Shown piece after piece: positions 28,717 to 38,701 of a stretch of 64,000 nucleotides of DNA. Numbering within the stretch: position 1 is the stretch's first letter; the number at the start of each line of letters is the position of its first letter. Under the pieces are notes generated by a model that saw nothing but the letters and a program-made list of their open reading frames with translations, had not been told where the DNA came from and did not search any database. A program made the translations under genes and the position numbers. This DNA comes from an uncultured Gemmatimonadales bacterium (GTDB taxonomy: Bacteria > Gemmatimonadota > Gemmatimonadetes > Gemmatimonadales > GWC2-71-9), in NCBI GenBank assembly GCA_963779755.1, contig CAVZZO010000003.1, positions 1,376,001-1,440,000 of the forward strand, read 5' to 3'.

Positions 28717-31335
28717 ATGGATCAGAAAGAGTGGGAATCGCTGGAGCCGCTTCTGGACGAGGCGCTGGAGTTGCCGCCCGGTGAACGCGCCTCGTGGCTG
28801 GACCGCCTGCGGAGCCGCTCCGCCGCCCTGGCGGACGCGGTGGAGGCGCTGCTGGCCCGCGAAGCCGAGGCCGACCGGGAGGCCTTCCTGGAAGGGGGGC
28901 TGAGGGTCACCCTGGCTGGGCAGCAGCTCGGGGCCTGGACCCTGGAGCGGCCGCTGGGCCAGGGGGGAATGGGCACCGTCTGGCTGGCCCGGCGGACCGA
29001 CGGCCGCTACGAAGGGATGGCCGCGGTCAAGCTGCTCAACCTGGCGCTGGTCACGCCCGCGGGCCTCCGCCGCTTTCGCCGGGAAGGCAGCACGCTCAGT
29101 CTCCTGGCCCACCCCAACATCGCCCGGCTGCTCGATGCCGGGGTCAGCCCGGCGGGCCAGCCCTATCTCATTCTGGAGTACGTGGACGGGCAGCCGGTCG
29201 ACGCCTGGGCCGCCGCGCGCGGGCTCGGTCTGCGGGAACGGCTCCAGCTCTTCCAGCAGGTGCTGGGGGCCGTGGGGCACGCGCACGCGCATCTGGTGGT
29301 GCACCGCGACCTGAAACCCGGCAACATTCTGGTCACGGCCGACGGCAGGGTGCAGCTGCTGGATTTCGGCATCGCCAAGCTGCTCGACACCGAGGGCGCC
29401 GATCTGGAGACGCGCACCAGCATCCGGGCGCTGACACCCATGTTCGCCGCGCCGGAGCAGCTCTCGGGCGACCAGATCACCACCGCAACCGACATCTACG
29501 CCCTCGGCGTCCTGCTCTATCTCCTGGTCTCCGGGCGCCACCCCACGGCAGGCGATGCCCGCACCCCCGCCGACGCCGTGCGCCGCGCGCTGGAGATCGA
29601 GCCGGCCCCGCTGCATCTGGGAGACCTCGACACCGTCCTGGCCAAGGCGCTGCGCAAGTCCGCGGCGGAGCGCTATCAGACCGTCGCCGCGCTGAGCGAA
29701 GATCTGACCCATTACCTGAATCACGAACCGGTGAGCGCCCGGGCACCGTCCTGGAATTATCGCAGCGCCCGGTTCCTCCGCCGCCACCGCGCCGGCGTCG
29801 TCGCGGCCGCGCTGGCCGCCGCGACCCTGGTGGGCGCGACCGTCTACTCCACCTCGCAACGGGCCGAAGCCATCCGCCAGCGGGATGCCGCCCGGGACGA
29901 GCGGCACCGGGCCGACGCCCAGGTCGAATTCCAGGATCTGCTGCTGTCGGAGGTCGGCGACAAGCCGGTCACCATGCGGCAACTGCTGGACCGCGGGCGC
30001 GGCGTACTCGAGCGCCAGGCCATCGGGGACCCCAAACTCATGGTGACGGTGCTGCTGCAGCTGGCGGAAAATTACGGCGAACTGGGGGACCTGCCGGTCG
30101 GTGATACCCTGCTCGCCCGGGCGGACTCATTCGCCCAGGTGTCGGGCGACCCGGGCGCCAGGGGACGGGTCCACTGCCGGCGCGCGGACCACCTCCGGCA
30201 GCAGGGCCGCTATGCTGACGCCTGGCGCGAGATGGACCAGGCCGACAGCCTCATGCGGAACCTGGCGCGCTCGACCGATCGCGTCGGTTGTCTCGTGATC
30301 CGCTCGCACCTGGCCGAGGAGTCGGGCCTCCACACCGATCTGGCCCTGGCCAGCACGCAGGAGGCCCTGGCCATATTGGACAGCCTGGGGGACACCGACA
30401 ACATGCTGTATGTCAGTGTCCTGGGGGAAGTGTCCTCCGGGCTGTCGGTGGAGGGGCGCCACCGGGAAGCGATGGCGGCGCTACGGCGCACCATGGCCCT
30501 GATGGACAGCACCGGCCGGGGCGGTATGCTTCCCCGGATCATCTACCAGCACAACCTGGGCACCATCCTGGCCGAACTGGGCGAGACGGCCGCGGCGGAA
30601 ACCGTGTTCCACGATGTGCTGGTGCGGTCGGCCGGTGCGGACCCGGAGAACGGCGCGCCCGCCCAGCCTCTGATCCACTACGCCGAGACGGCGCTCTATC
30701 AGGGGCATGCCGACAGCGCCGCCAAGTATTTCGCGGAACTGCTTCAGGGCGCCTCCCGCGACTCCAACGCCTACTGGCAGTGCCGCGCCCTGTTCGGCCT
30801 GGCGCGCGCGCAGATCCGGCTGGGCCGCCTGCGCGATGCCCGGGCCAGCGCCGCGCGGTTCCGCCGCCTCTTCCGGGCCAACTTCAAGCGCCTCAACACC
30901 GATGACCAGGTGGCCGATCCTGGCGTCCTGGACGGCTGGCTCGCCCTGGCGGACGGCAGGGTCGCGGCGGCGCACGACCTGCTCGATTCCGTACTCACGA
31001 GCTACGGCTGGCAGGAGAACCGCTACGTGAAGTTGCTCCGTGCCGACGCCCTGCTGATCGCCGCCGCCGACCTCAAGCTGGACAACCTGGACGAGGCACT
31101 GGCCCTGGCGCGGAAATCCGACAGTTCCGCGGTGCTGGACTCCCTGGCCGAATACCGGAGTGCCTATGTCGGGGAGGCCCGGGCCGAGATCGCTCGCATC
31201 CTGCTGGCCCAAGGCGATAGCGCCGGCGCGCGCGCCCGACTGGAGGAAGCGCGTGCGGCCCTGCGCACCGGCGCGGGACCGGAACATCCGCTGACCCGGG
31301 AGACGGAAGACCTGCTGGTGGAGCTGGGACAGTAA
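28717..31335 (+). CDS. Membrane Ser/Thr protein kinase with TPR-like C-terminal region
   Basis: LGQGGMGTVW, AVKLL, HRDLKPGN, DFG, APE; TM segment near RRHRAGVV; helical repeats. Confidence 0.93.
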   Translation: MDQKEWESLEPLLDEALELPPGERASWLDRLRSRSAALADAVEALLAREAEADREAFLEGGLRVTLAGQQLGAWTLERPLGQGGMGTVWLARRTDGRYEGMAAVKLLNLALVTPAGLRRFRREGSTLSLLAHPNIARLLDAGVSPAGQPYLILEYVDGQPVDAWAAARGLGLRERLQLFQQVLGAVGHAHAHLVVHRDLKPGNILVTADGRVQLLDFGIAKLLDTEGADLETRTSIRALTPMFAAPEQLSGDQITTATDIYALGVLLYLLVSGRHPTAGDARTPADAVRRALEIEPAPLHLGDLDTVLAKALRKSAAERYQTVAALSEDLTHYLNHEPVSARAPSWNYRSARFLRRHRAGVVAAALAAATLVGATVYSTSQRAEAIRQRDAARDERHRADAQVEFQDLLLSEVGDKPVTMRQLLDRGRGVLERQAIGDPKLMVTVLLQLAENYGELGDLPVGDTLLARADSFAQVSGDPGARGRVHCRRADHLRQQGRYADAWREMDQADSLMRNLARSTDRVGCLVIRSHLAEESGLHTDLALASTQEALAILDSLGDTDNMLYVSVLGEVSSGLSVEGRHREAMAALRRTMALMDSTGRGGMLPRIIYQHNLGTILAELGETAAAETVFHDVLVRSAGADPENGAPAQPLIHYAETALYQGHADSAAKYFAELLQGASRDSNAYWQCRALFGLARAQIRLGRLRDARASAARFRRLFRANFKRLNTDDQVADPGVLDGWLALADGRVAAAHDLLDSVLTSYGWQENRYVKLLRADALLIAAADLKLDNLDEALALARKSDSSAVLDSLAEYRSAYVGEARAEIARILLAQGDSAGARARLEEARAALRTGAGPEHPLTRETEDLLVELGQ

Positions 31336-31353
31336 CACATTCCTCTCTTATGC

Positions 31354-31923
31354 TCATCGCGCCTCTCCATCTTCCTGAGAGTGCAGCATCCCATGCAGCA
31401 TGAGCCGGGCCTTCCGCCAGTCGCGCTTGATGGTCCGGTCGGAGACGCCCCGCATGCCGGCGATCTCGGCGAAGGTGAACCCGCAGAAGAAGTGGAGGTC
31501 CACCAGCTGGCTGAGTGCCGGGTTGAGCGTGCCGAGCTCATCCAGCGCCTCGCTGAGCCGGCCCAGTTCTTCGGCCTCGGCTCCCGCGTCGGACGGCAGG
31601 GTCTGATCGCCCACCAGGGTGATCTCGAACTGGCTGCCCCGCTTCTGCGCCCGCCGGGCGCGGACATAGTCGATCACCAGCCCACGCATGGCGCGCGAGG
31701 CGTAGGCCAGAAAGCGGGTCTGATCGGGGAAATCCAGGCCGGCGCGGCCGGCGATGTTCAGGTAGGACTCGTGCAGCAGAGTGGTGGGGCTCAGGGTGAG
31801 GGCAGAGCCCCCGCGGCGCAGATGCTGCTCCGCGATCCGGTGCAGCTCGCCGTAGAGAGCGGCGAACAACTGGTCCGCCGGTGTGGCATCGGCCCGGCGG
31901 AGCAGGTCACCAAGCTCGGGCAT
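31354..31923 (-). CDS. ECF sigma factor of the kinase-associated type
   Basis: LYGELHRIA, LSPTTLLHESY, AMRGLVIDYVR..RAQKRG, SDRTIKRDWRKAR. Confidence 0.88.
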   Translation of the reverse strand: MPELGDLLRRADATPADQLFAALYGELHRIAEQHLRRGGSALTLSPTTLLHESYLNIAGRAGLDFPDQTRFLAYASRAMRGLVIDYVRARRAQKRGSQFEITLVGDQTLPSDAGAEAEELGRLSEALDELGTLNPALSQLVDLHFFCGFTFAEIAGMRGVSDRTIKRDWRKARLMLHGMLHSQEDGEAR

Positions 31924-31989
31924 GGAGCACCTCCCGAGAAAGGATTACAAGCATGCGGCCCGGGCCGGGAAACGGCAAGACCGCATTCC

Positions 31990-32072
31990 CGCCTGACGCC
32001 TGACGCCTCACGCCTCACGCCTCACGCCTCATGCCTCACCCCTCACCCCTCCCTACTTCTCACTTCTCACCC
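31990..32072. repeat. Heptamer tract (CGCCTSA)n/(CTTCTCA)n containing the OMF stop
   Basis: About 7 CGCCTCA-like units plus two CTTCTCA units. Confidence 0.85.
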
Positions 32073-33502
32073 CACTCCCCCCCGACCGCCCGGTACAGCT
32101 GTACCGCCGAGGCGAGTTGAAGCTCCTGGACCTCGGCCAGGGCCAGCTCCGCGTCGAACAGGCTGCGTTCGGAATCCAGCACCTCGAGATAGCTCGACAG
32201 CCCCCCCTCGTAGCGCTCCTGCGCCAGGTGGAGGGCCCGCCGCAACGCCTCCACCTGGATCCGCTGGGCCGCCGCCTGATCGCGGGCGGTGCGGACCGCC
32301 ACCAGGGCATCGTTCACCTCGCGGGTCGCCGAGAGCACCACCTGGTCATAGGACCAGCGGGCCTCGTCGATCCGGGCACGGGCCGCGGCCTGCTGGTCGC
32401 GCAGGCGGCCGCCGGTGAAGAGGGGAATCGAGATCCCGCCCTGGATCTGGTAGATCTCGGTATTCGACTGGAACAGGCCCGAGATATCGGGGCTCTGCGA
32501 CCCGTACTGGCCCAGCACCGTCAGCCGGGGCAGCCGCGCGGCGCCGGCCGCCGCGGCGCGGTAGTTAGCCGCCGCCAGCTCCCGCTCGGCGCGGCGGACA
32601 TCGGGGCGGTTCTCCAGCAGTGTCGCCGGAACCGAGTCGGGCACGTCCACCGCCGTGACCACCCGGTCCAGCGGCAGCCCGCGGGGGATGGGGCCCTGCT
32701 GCCGGCCCAGCAGGACCCGGACCCGGTTCTCCTGTTGCGCCACCAGCCGGGTGAACTCCGCGACCCGTGCGGCGGCGGCGGCGGCATCGGACTCGAACTG
32801 CCGCACATCCAGCTCGGAAATCACCCCCTGGGAGAATCGGCGCCGGGCGAGCCGCAGCGTTTCGCGGCGGGAATCCAGCGTGCGGCTCGCGACATCCAGC
32901 TCGGCATCATAGGCCCGCAACTGGAGGTACCCCTCCGCCACGTCGCCCACCAGCGCCAGCAGGACGGCGCGGCGGTCTTCCTGCCGCGCGGCCAGGTCGG
33001 CGCCGGCGGCCGCGGCGTTCTGGCGGATGCGTCCCCAGAGGTCGGGCTCCCAGGACACCTCGCCCTGCACCCGGTAGGCGTGATAGGCGGCGGGCGGCAC
33101 GATGCCCAGGGCGATCTGCTGCTTGACGTACACCCCGCTCACGCTGAGCTGCGGGAAGAAGTCGCTGCGGGCGACGCCGCGCAGAGCGCGGTATTCCGCC
33201 ACCCGGGCCACCGCCTGGCGCAGATCACGGTTGGAATCCACAGCCACGCCGATCAGCGAGTCCAGCACCGGATCGCGGAAGAGCCCCTGCCAGGACGGCG
33301 TCTGGAGGTCGCCCACGCCCAGCACGGTGGATACCGTGTCGGCCCGCGGGCGCTGCGCGATGCTGTCCAGCACCGGCGGGAGGGAATCGCCGGGACCGGT
33401 GGAGAGCTGGGTGCCGGCGGGGGCCACCCCGGGCGGCTGATAGCCCGCGCCGCAGGCGCTGAGCGCAGCCGTCAGCAGTGCGGCGGCAACGATCTGTTTC
33501 AT
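32060..33502 (-). CDS. RND efflux outer membrane factor (NodT/OprM family lipoprotein)
   Basis: LSAC lipobox; WEPDLWGR, LLENRPDVRRAE, LYRAVGG. Confidence 0.92.
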   Translation of the reverse strand: MKQIVAAALLTAALSACGAGYQPPGVAPAGTQLSTGPGDSLPPVLDSIAQRPRADTVSTVLGVGDLQTPSWQGLFRDPVLDSLIGVAVDSNRDLRQAVARVAEYRALRGVARSDFFPQLSVSGVYVKQQIALGIVPPAAYHAYRVQGEVSWEPDLWGRIRQNAAAAGADLAARQEDRRAVLLALVGDVAEGYLQLRAYDAELDVASRTLDSRRETLRLARRRFSQGVISELDVRQFESDAAAAAARVAEFTRLVAQQENRVRVLLGRQQGPIPRGLPLDRVVTAVDVPDSVPATLLENRPDVRRAERELAAANYRAAAAGAARLPRLTVLGQYGSQSPDISGLFQSNTEIYQIQGGISIPLFTGGRLRDQQAAARARIDEARWSYDQVVLSATREVNDALVAVRTARDQAAAQRIQVEALRRALHLAQERYEGGLSSYLEVLDSERSLFDAELALAEVQELQLASAVQLYRAVGGEWGEK

Positions 33503-36500
33503 GCGCCCTCCCGGGCCGGCTCGCCGGCGTTGGCGGCCCGGCGGCGGAACAGGCCCCGCTCGCTGGCGCCACGGATCACGGCGAAGAAACTCGGTATGAA
33601 GAAGATCCCGATGGTGGTGGCGAACAGCATGCCGGCGAAGACGCCGGTGCCGATCGAATGCCGGCTCGCGGCGCCCGGCCCGCTGGCGATGACCAGCGGC
33701 GCCACGCCCAGGATGAAGGCGAACGAGGTCATCAGGATGGGCCGGAACCGTTCCCGAGCCGCCTCCACCGCCGCCTCGGCGATGGACCGCCCCTGGCCGC
33801 GCAGCTCGCTGGCGAACTCCACGATCAGAATCGCGTTCTTCGCAGCCAGGCCGACCACGGTGATCAGGCCCACCTGGAAGTACACGTCGATCGTCATGCC
33901 CCGCAGGTACACGCCCAGCAGCGCGCCCAGCGCGCCGAACGGGATGCCCAGCAGCACGGCAAAGGGAATGGACCAGCTCTCGTACTGCGCGGCCAGCACC
34001 AGGAACACCAGCACCAGTCCCAGGATCATGATGGTGGCGCCCTGCTCACCCGACGCCTTCTCCTGGAAGGATTGGCCCGAGTAGCCGTAGCCGATCCCCT
34101 GCCCCGCGAATCGCGAGGCGATGAGATGCTCGATGGCGCTCATCATTTCCGCCGTGCTCTTGCCCGGCGCCGGGGCCCCCGTCACCAGCGCGGAGGTGAA
34201 ACCGTTGAACCGGGTGAGGACGCCCGGGCCGGCCGTAAACTCGGTATGGGTGAGCGCCGAGAGGGGGATCATGTCGCCGGTCGTGGCGGAGCGGACGTAG
34301 AGGCGCCCGATATCGGCGGGCGTCTGCCGGAAGCGCGGCTGCGCCTCGGCCTGCACCCGGTAGGTGCGCCCGTAGAGGTTGAAGTCGTTGATGTAGACCG
34401 AGGACAGCATGGCCTGCATGGTCTGGAAGAGGGCCGACAGGTTCACGCCCCGCGCCTTGGCGGCGGCGCGGTCCACCGTGACCCGCACCTGCGGTTCGGA
34501 GGCGCTGAAGACGGTGCGGAGCCCGCCCACCTCGGGCAGCTGGTTGGCCGCCACCACGAAGGCGTTCACCTGCTGCGAAAAGGTCTGCAGGCTGCTGCCG
34601 CCGGTGTTCTCCAGATTCATCTCCAGCCCCGCCGTGGTGCCCAGGCCGGGGACCTCCGGGAAATTGAAGGAGAACGCCAGGGCGTCGCGCATGCCGAAGA
34701 GCTGGCCGTTGAGGCGGCCCAGGATGGCGCTCACCTGCAGGTTCTTCGCCCCGCGCTCGTCCCACGGCTTCAGCTTGATGAACATGGTGGCGGCGTTGCT
34801 CTTGGTAGCCTGGGTCAGGATATCCAGACCCACCAGCGTGGCCGCCTCCTGCACGCCGGGATCGTGCAACACGATCTGCTCCACCCGGCCCACCACCCGT
34901 TCCGTCCGCTGGCGCGAGGCGCCGTCGGGCAACTGCACCGCCAGGGCGATGAAGCCCTTGTCTTCCTCCGGCAGGAAGGTGTGGGGGATGTGATTCCAGA
35001 GCACCCAGGTGAGCGCCAGCAGCACGGCAAAGACGGCGAAGACCGTCTTGGGGTAGCCCAGCACCCGTCCCACGGCGCCGGTATAGCCGCGCCGGGCCCG
35101 GTGGAAGCCGCGGTTGAACCAGCCGAAGGGCCCGTGCTCCGGCTCGTCTTCCTCCCGCTTGCGGAGCAGGAGCGCGCAGAGCGCAGGCGTCAGCGTCAGG
35201 GCCACGATTCCCGAGAGCACCACCGCGATCACGATGGTGATGGCGAACTGCTTGTACAGGGCGCCGGTAATGCCGCCCACGAACGCGACCGGAATGAAGA
35301 CCGCGCAGAGGGAGATGACGATCGCGATCAGCGCCCCGGCCACCTGGCGCATGGCCCGGTCGGCCGCCACCCGCGGGCCCACCCCCTCGTCGGCCATGAT
35401 CCGTTCCACGTTTTCGATCACCACGATGGCGTCGTCCACCACGATGCCGATGGCCAGGACCAGGCCGAACAGCGTCAGCACGTTGATGGAGAAGCCCAGG
35501 AACTGCAGTCCCAGGAAGGTGCCGATCACGCTCACCGGCACGGCCAGGATGGGAATCAGGGTCGCCCGCCAGCTCTGCAGAAAGACGAACACCACCAGCG
35601 TCACCAGCAGCATCGCCTCCGCCAGCGTCTTCACCACCTCATCCACCGACGCCGAAATGAAGAGCGTGGTGTCGTACGGCAGCGACCAGGAGACCCCGCT
35701 GGGGAACTTGGCCGCCAGCTCGTCCATCCGCTCTGCCACGGCTTTCTTCACCTGCAACGCGTTCGCGCCGGCCCGCAGATAGACCAGGAAGAAGGCGGTC
35801 GGATGCCCGCTCAGCCGGCCGACCGCATCGTAGTCCTGGGAACCCAGCGTCACCGTGGCGATATCACCCAGCCGCACCAGCGAAGCATCCGGCGCGGTCC
35901 GCACGATGATGCTGTCGAACTCCGCGGGCGTGGTGAGCCGGCCCTGGGTGGTGACCGGCAGGGTGAACTGGGTGCCGGCGGGCGCGGGTTCGCGGCCCAG
36001 CCGGCCGGCCGGGTTGGTGGTGTTCTGCTCCTGCACGGCCTGGATCACGTCGCCCACCGTCAGGCCCAGCTGCGCCATCCGGTCGGGGTCGAGCCCCAGG
36101 CGCATGGCGAACTGCAGCTGCCCGAAGAACTGGGCGTTCCCCACACCGGGGAGGCGCTTGAGCTCGTCCTCGAGATACAGCTTGCCGTAGTTGCTGAGAT
36201 AGGAGGCGTCGTAGCGGGCGCTGGTCGAGGTCAGCGCCCCAACCAGCAGGATGTCGCTCTGGGCCTTCTGCACGATGATGCCCTGGCGCCGCACCTCTTC
36301 GGGGAGTTGCGGTTCCGCCAGCTTGACCGCGTTCTGCACGTCGATCGCCGCCAGATCGGGGTCGCGCGAAATATCGAACAGCAGGGACAGTGACATCGCC
36401 CCCGAGCTGGAATTGGACGACTTGTAGTAGAGCAGCCCCTGCAGGCCGGAGAGCTGTTCCTCGATCGGCGCCGCCACCGCCCTGGCCACGTCCTCCGAGC

Positions 36501-36675
36501 TGGCGCCGGGATAGAACGCCGTCACCGAGATGGTGGGCGGCGAGATGTTGGGATAACGGTTGACCGGCAGCCGCTGCAGGGCGAACAGCCCGAGCAGGGT
36601 GATGACGATGGAGATGACCATCGCCAGCACCGGCCGGCGGACGAAGAAATAGCGAATCTCCTGGCTGTCGTTCAT
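33499..36675 (-). CDS. RND efflux permease (HAE1/AcrB family)
   Basis: FVRRPVLAMVISI, AIGIVVDDAIVVIENVER, AKNAILIVEFA, RFRPILMTS; ATG 36675 overlaps the adaptor stop. Confidence 0.95.
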   Translation of the reverse strand: MNDSQEIRYFFVRRPVLAMVISIVITLLGLFALQRLPVNRYPNISPPTISVTAFYPGASSEDVARAVAAPIEEQLSGLQGLLYYKSSNSSSGAMSLSLLFDISRDPDLAAIDVQNAVKLAEPQLPEEVRRQGIIVQKAQSDILLVGALTSTSARYDASYLSNYGKLYLEDELKRLPGVGNAQFFGQLQFAMRLGLDPDRMAQLGLTVGDVIQAVQEQNTTNPAGRLGREPAPAGTQFTLPVTTQGRLTTPAEFDSIIVRTAPDASLVRLGDIATVTLGSQDYDAVGRLSGHPTAFFLVYLRAGANALQVKKAVAERMDELAAKFPSGVSWSLPYDTTLFISASVDEVVKTLAEAMLLVTLVVFVFLQSWRATLIPILAVPVSVIGTFLGLQFLGFSINVLTLFGLVLAIGIVVDDAIVVIENVERIMADEGVGPRVAADRAMRQVAGALIAIVISLCAVFIPVAFVGGITGALYKQFAITIVIAVVLSGIVALTLTPALCALLLRKREEDEPEHGPFGWFNRGFHRARRGYTGAVGRVLGYPKTVFAVFAVLLALTWVLWNHIPHTFLPEEDKGFIALAVQLPDGASRQRTERVVGRVEQIVLHDPGVQEAATLVGLDILTQATKSNAATMFIKLKPWDERGAKNLQVSAILGRLNGQLFGMRDALAFSFNFPEVPGLGTTAGLEMNLENTGGSSLQTFSQQVNAFVVAANQLPEVGGLRTVFSASEPQVRVTVDRAAAKARGVNLSALFQTMQAMLSSVYINDFNLYGRTYRVQAEAQPRFRQTPADIGRLYVRSATTGDMIPLSALTHTEFTAGPGVLTRFNGFTSALVTGAPAPGKSTAEMMSAIEHLIASRFAGQGIGYGYSGQSFQEKASGEQGATIMILGLVLVFLVLAAQYESWSIPFAVLLGIPFGALGALLGVYLRGMTIDVYFQVGLITVVGLAAKNAILIVEFASELRGQGRSIAEAAVEAARERFRPILMTSFAFILGVAPLVIASGPGAASRHSIGTGVFAGMLFATTIGIFFIPSFFAVIRGASERGLFRRRAANAGEPAREGA

Positions 36676-37826
36676 CGGGTGCCCCCCGGCGCGGCGGGGG
36701 GCGCCTGGGTGGAATCGGCGCTGCTGTCGGCCGGGACCGGTTTCACCACAGCCCCGGGGCCGATCTTCTGGACGTTGTCCACCACCACGCGGTCGCCCGC
36801 CTGCAGCCCGCTGTCGATCACCCAGCGCTGGCCGCTCCACTGGCCCGGCGTGACGTCCCGGGTGGACACGGTATCGCCGGGGCCGACCACGAACACGTAG
36901 GAGCGGCCGAGGTCCTGGAGCACCGCGGTGGCGGGCACGACGATGGCGCTGTCGAGCTGAAACCCGACCGGCCGTACCCGCACGAACTGGCCGGGTACCA
37001 GCACATGATCGCTGTTGCTGAAACGCGCCCGGAATGCCTGGGTGCCGCTGCCCTGGTCGACCACCGGATCGACATAATCCAGCTTGCCGGTACGCTCGAG
37101 CTGGTTGCCGTCCGGCAGGGTCACCCGAACCGCGAGGCCGCCGCCCGGCCGGGCCAACCCGCGCGACGCCGCGTTGTTGCGCCAGCGCGCCAGGACCTGC
37201 GCCGAGGGGTGGAAGGTCACGTAGACCGGATCGAGCTGGTCGATGGTGGTGAGCAGGTCGGCGGGGCCGGTGACCCGGGCCCCCAGCTCCATCCGGGTGC
37301 GCCCCACCCGTCCCTCGATCTCGGCCCGGATCACCGTGTCGTCCAGATTCTGCTTCGCTTCGGTGACGGCGGCCTGGGCCTGCTCCAGCTCGGTCCGGGC
37401 ATCGTCCACGTCGCGCCGCGCCACGGCATTGTCCTGCTGCAGCGGCTCCAGCCGCTCCAGGTTGCGTTGCGCATTGCGGTACCGGGCCATCGCGCTCCGA
37501 TAAGCCGCGGCGTAGCGGACGGTATCGAGCCGGAAGAGCACCTGGCCCGGATGCACCTCCGAGCCTTCCGTGAAGGGGCGGCTCATGATGATGCCGTCCA
37601 CGCGCGAACGCACCTCCACCCGGCGGAACGGCTCTACCTGGCCGACAAACTCGTACTCCTCGGCCACGTTCTGAGGCGACACCTGCACAATGCCCACCTC
37701 TGTGGGCGGGAACTGGGGCGGCGGGCTCTTCTTGCCGCAGGCCAGGGCCGCGGCGGCCAGCAGAACCACGAGGGCGCCGGGCAGCATCCGGCCGGGCCGT
37801 GAAACAGCGGAGAAGACTGGGCTCAC
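36672..37826 (-). CDS. RND periplasmic adaptor (AcrA family lipoprotein)
   Basis: ALAC lipobox; EVRSRVDGII, IRAEIEGRVG, QLDPVYV, LVPGQFVR. Start may be the later ATG (MLPG). Confidence 0.92.
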   Translation of the reverse strand: MSPVFSAVSRPGRMLPGALVVLLAAAALACGKKSPPPQFPPTEVGIVQVSPQNVAEEYEFVGQVEPFRRVEVRSRVDGIIMSRPFTEGSEVHPGQVLFRLDTVRYAAAYRSAMARYRNAQRNLERLEPLQQDNAVARRDVDDARTELEQAQAAVTEAKQNLDDTVIRAEIEGRVGRTRMELGARVTGPADLLTTIDQLDPVYVTFHPSAQVLARWRNNAASRGLARPGGGLAVRVTLPDGNQLERTGKLDYVDPVVDQGSGTQAFRARFSNSDHVLVPGQFVRVRPVGFQLDSAIVVPATAVLQDLGRSYVFVVGPGDTVSTRDVTPGQWSGQRWVIDSGLQAGDRVVVDNVQKIGPGAVVKPVPADSSADSTQAPPAAPGGTR

Positions 37827-38521
37827 GATGAAGATTCCGGGTTCGAAGCGGGGGAAGCCGTCTCACTGGAGCCGCTCGGCTCCCGACGGAGGTAACACTC
37901 GACCATGCCGAGGTAGCCCGACCAGATCGTGTCGGGCTGGGGCAGCCATCCATGCTTGCGCTCGATGCCGGCCATCTGTTTCGCGGCCCCCACCAGCAGG
38001 AGGAGGAAGAGGTGGGCGGTGGCCTCGGGATCGAGGGCGCGGAACTCGCCTTCACCCATCCCGGCTTCGAGCAGGGCGGAGAGCAGGCGGTGCTTCCGCT
38101 GGTATACCTGGCGCAACACCAGACGGGAGGAGTTGGGAAAGGCGGTGCCCTCGGCGTCGAGCACGCAGGCGAGGGCGGCGACTCCCGGCTCGCGCAGATG
38201 CTCCCAGATCCGGCGCAGGTGGGTCTGCAGCGCCTCGCCCACCGGCATGGAACGGCAGGCTACGATGGCGGCTTCGTCGTCCAGGAAGCAGGCCAGCCGG
38301 GCCTCGACCACCGCCTCGAAGAGGTCGGCCTTGCTGCCGAAGTAGTGGGCCACCGTGCCGGGAGAGACGCCGGCGAGCTGGGCAACCTCCCCCATGGTGC
38401 AGCGCTCGAAGCCCTGCTCGGCGAACACTCGAAAGGCCGCCTCGACGATCTCGAGGCGCCGCTCTTCAGGGCGGCGATGCCAGCGGGGACCGCATTCGGG
38501 TCCGGGCTTTGGAGGACACAT
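37823..38521 (-). CDS. TetR/AcrR family regulator
   Basis: IVEAAFRVFAEQGF..TMGEVAQLAGVSPGTVAHYFGSKADLF. Confidence 0.92.
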   Translation of the reverse strand: MCPPKPGPECGPRWHRRPEERRLEIVEAAFRVFAEQGFERCTMGEVAQLAGVSPGTVAHYFGSKADLFEAVVEARLACFLDDEAAIVACRSMPVGEALQTHLRRIWEHLREPGVAALACVLDAEGTAFPNSSRLVLRQVYQRKHRLLSALLEAGMGEGEFRALDPEATAHLFLLLLVGAAKQMAGIERKHGWLPQPDTIWSGYLGMVECYLRREPSGSSETASPASNPESSS

Positions 38522-38533
38522 GGCCCGGGTAAA

Positions 38534-38555
38534 TAATCGAAGCGCTATTCAATTA
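38534..38555. promoter_or_regulatory. Candidate TetR operator palindrome
   Basis: TAATCGAA-N6-TTCAATTA (one mismatch) just upstream of tetR, overlapping a TTGTAA-N17-TATTTA candidate promoter on the minus strand. Confidence 0.6.
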
Positions 38556-38701
38556 CAAGGGGTAAGTCTATGGGAGGAATGGCGGTTCATGCTGAACGCC
38601 AAGCCGAACGTGGGTTCAGCATGCCGGGGAAAAGGGAACCGGGAAACGGGAAGAGGAAGACCCTTTCCCCTTTCCCTGTTCCCGTTTCCCTTTTCCCCGG
38701 C

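Noticed and set aside
28552..29982. N-terminal extension making a 935-aa peroxidase fusion
   Set aside because: It is antisense to the kinase; a signal peptide begins at ATG 28551.
36676..38055. 1518-aa RND permease
   Set aside because: The extension is an alternative frame over the adaptor and tetR genes; permease homology starts at ATG 36675.
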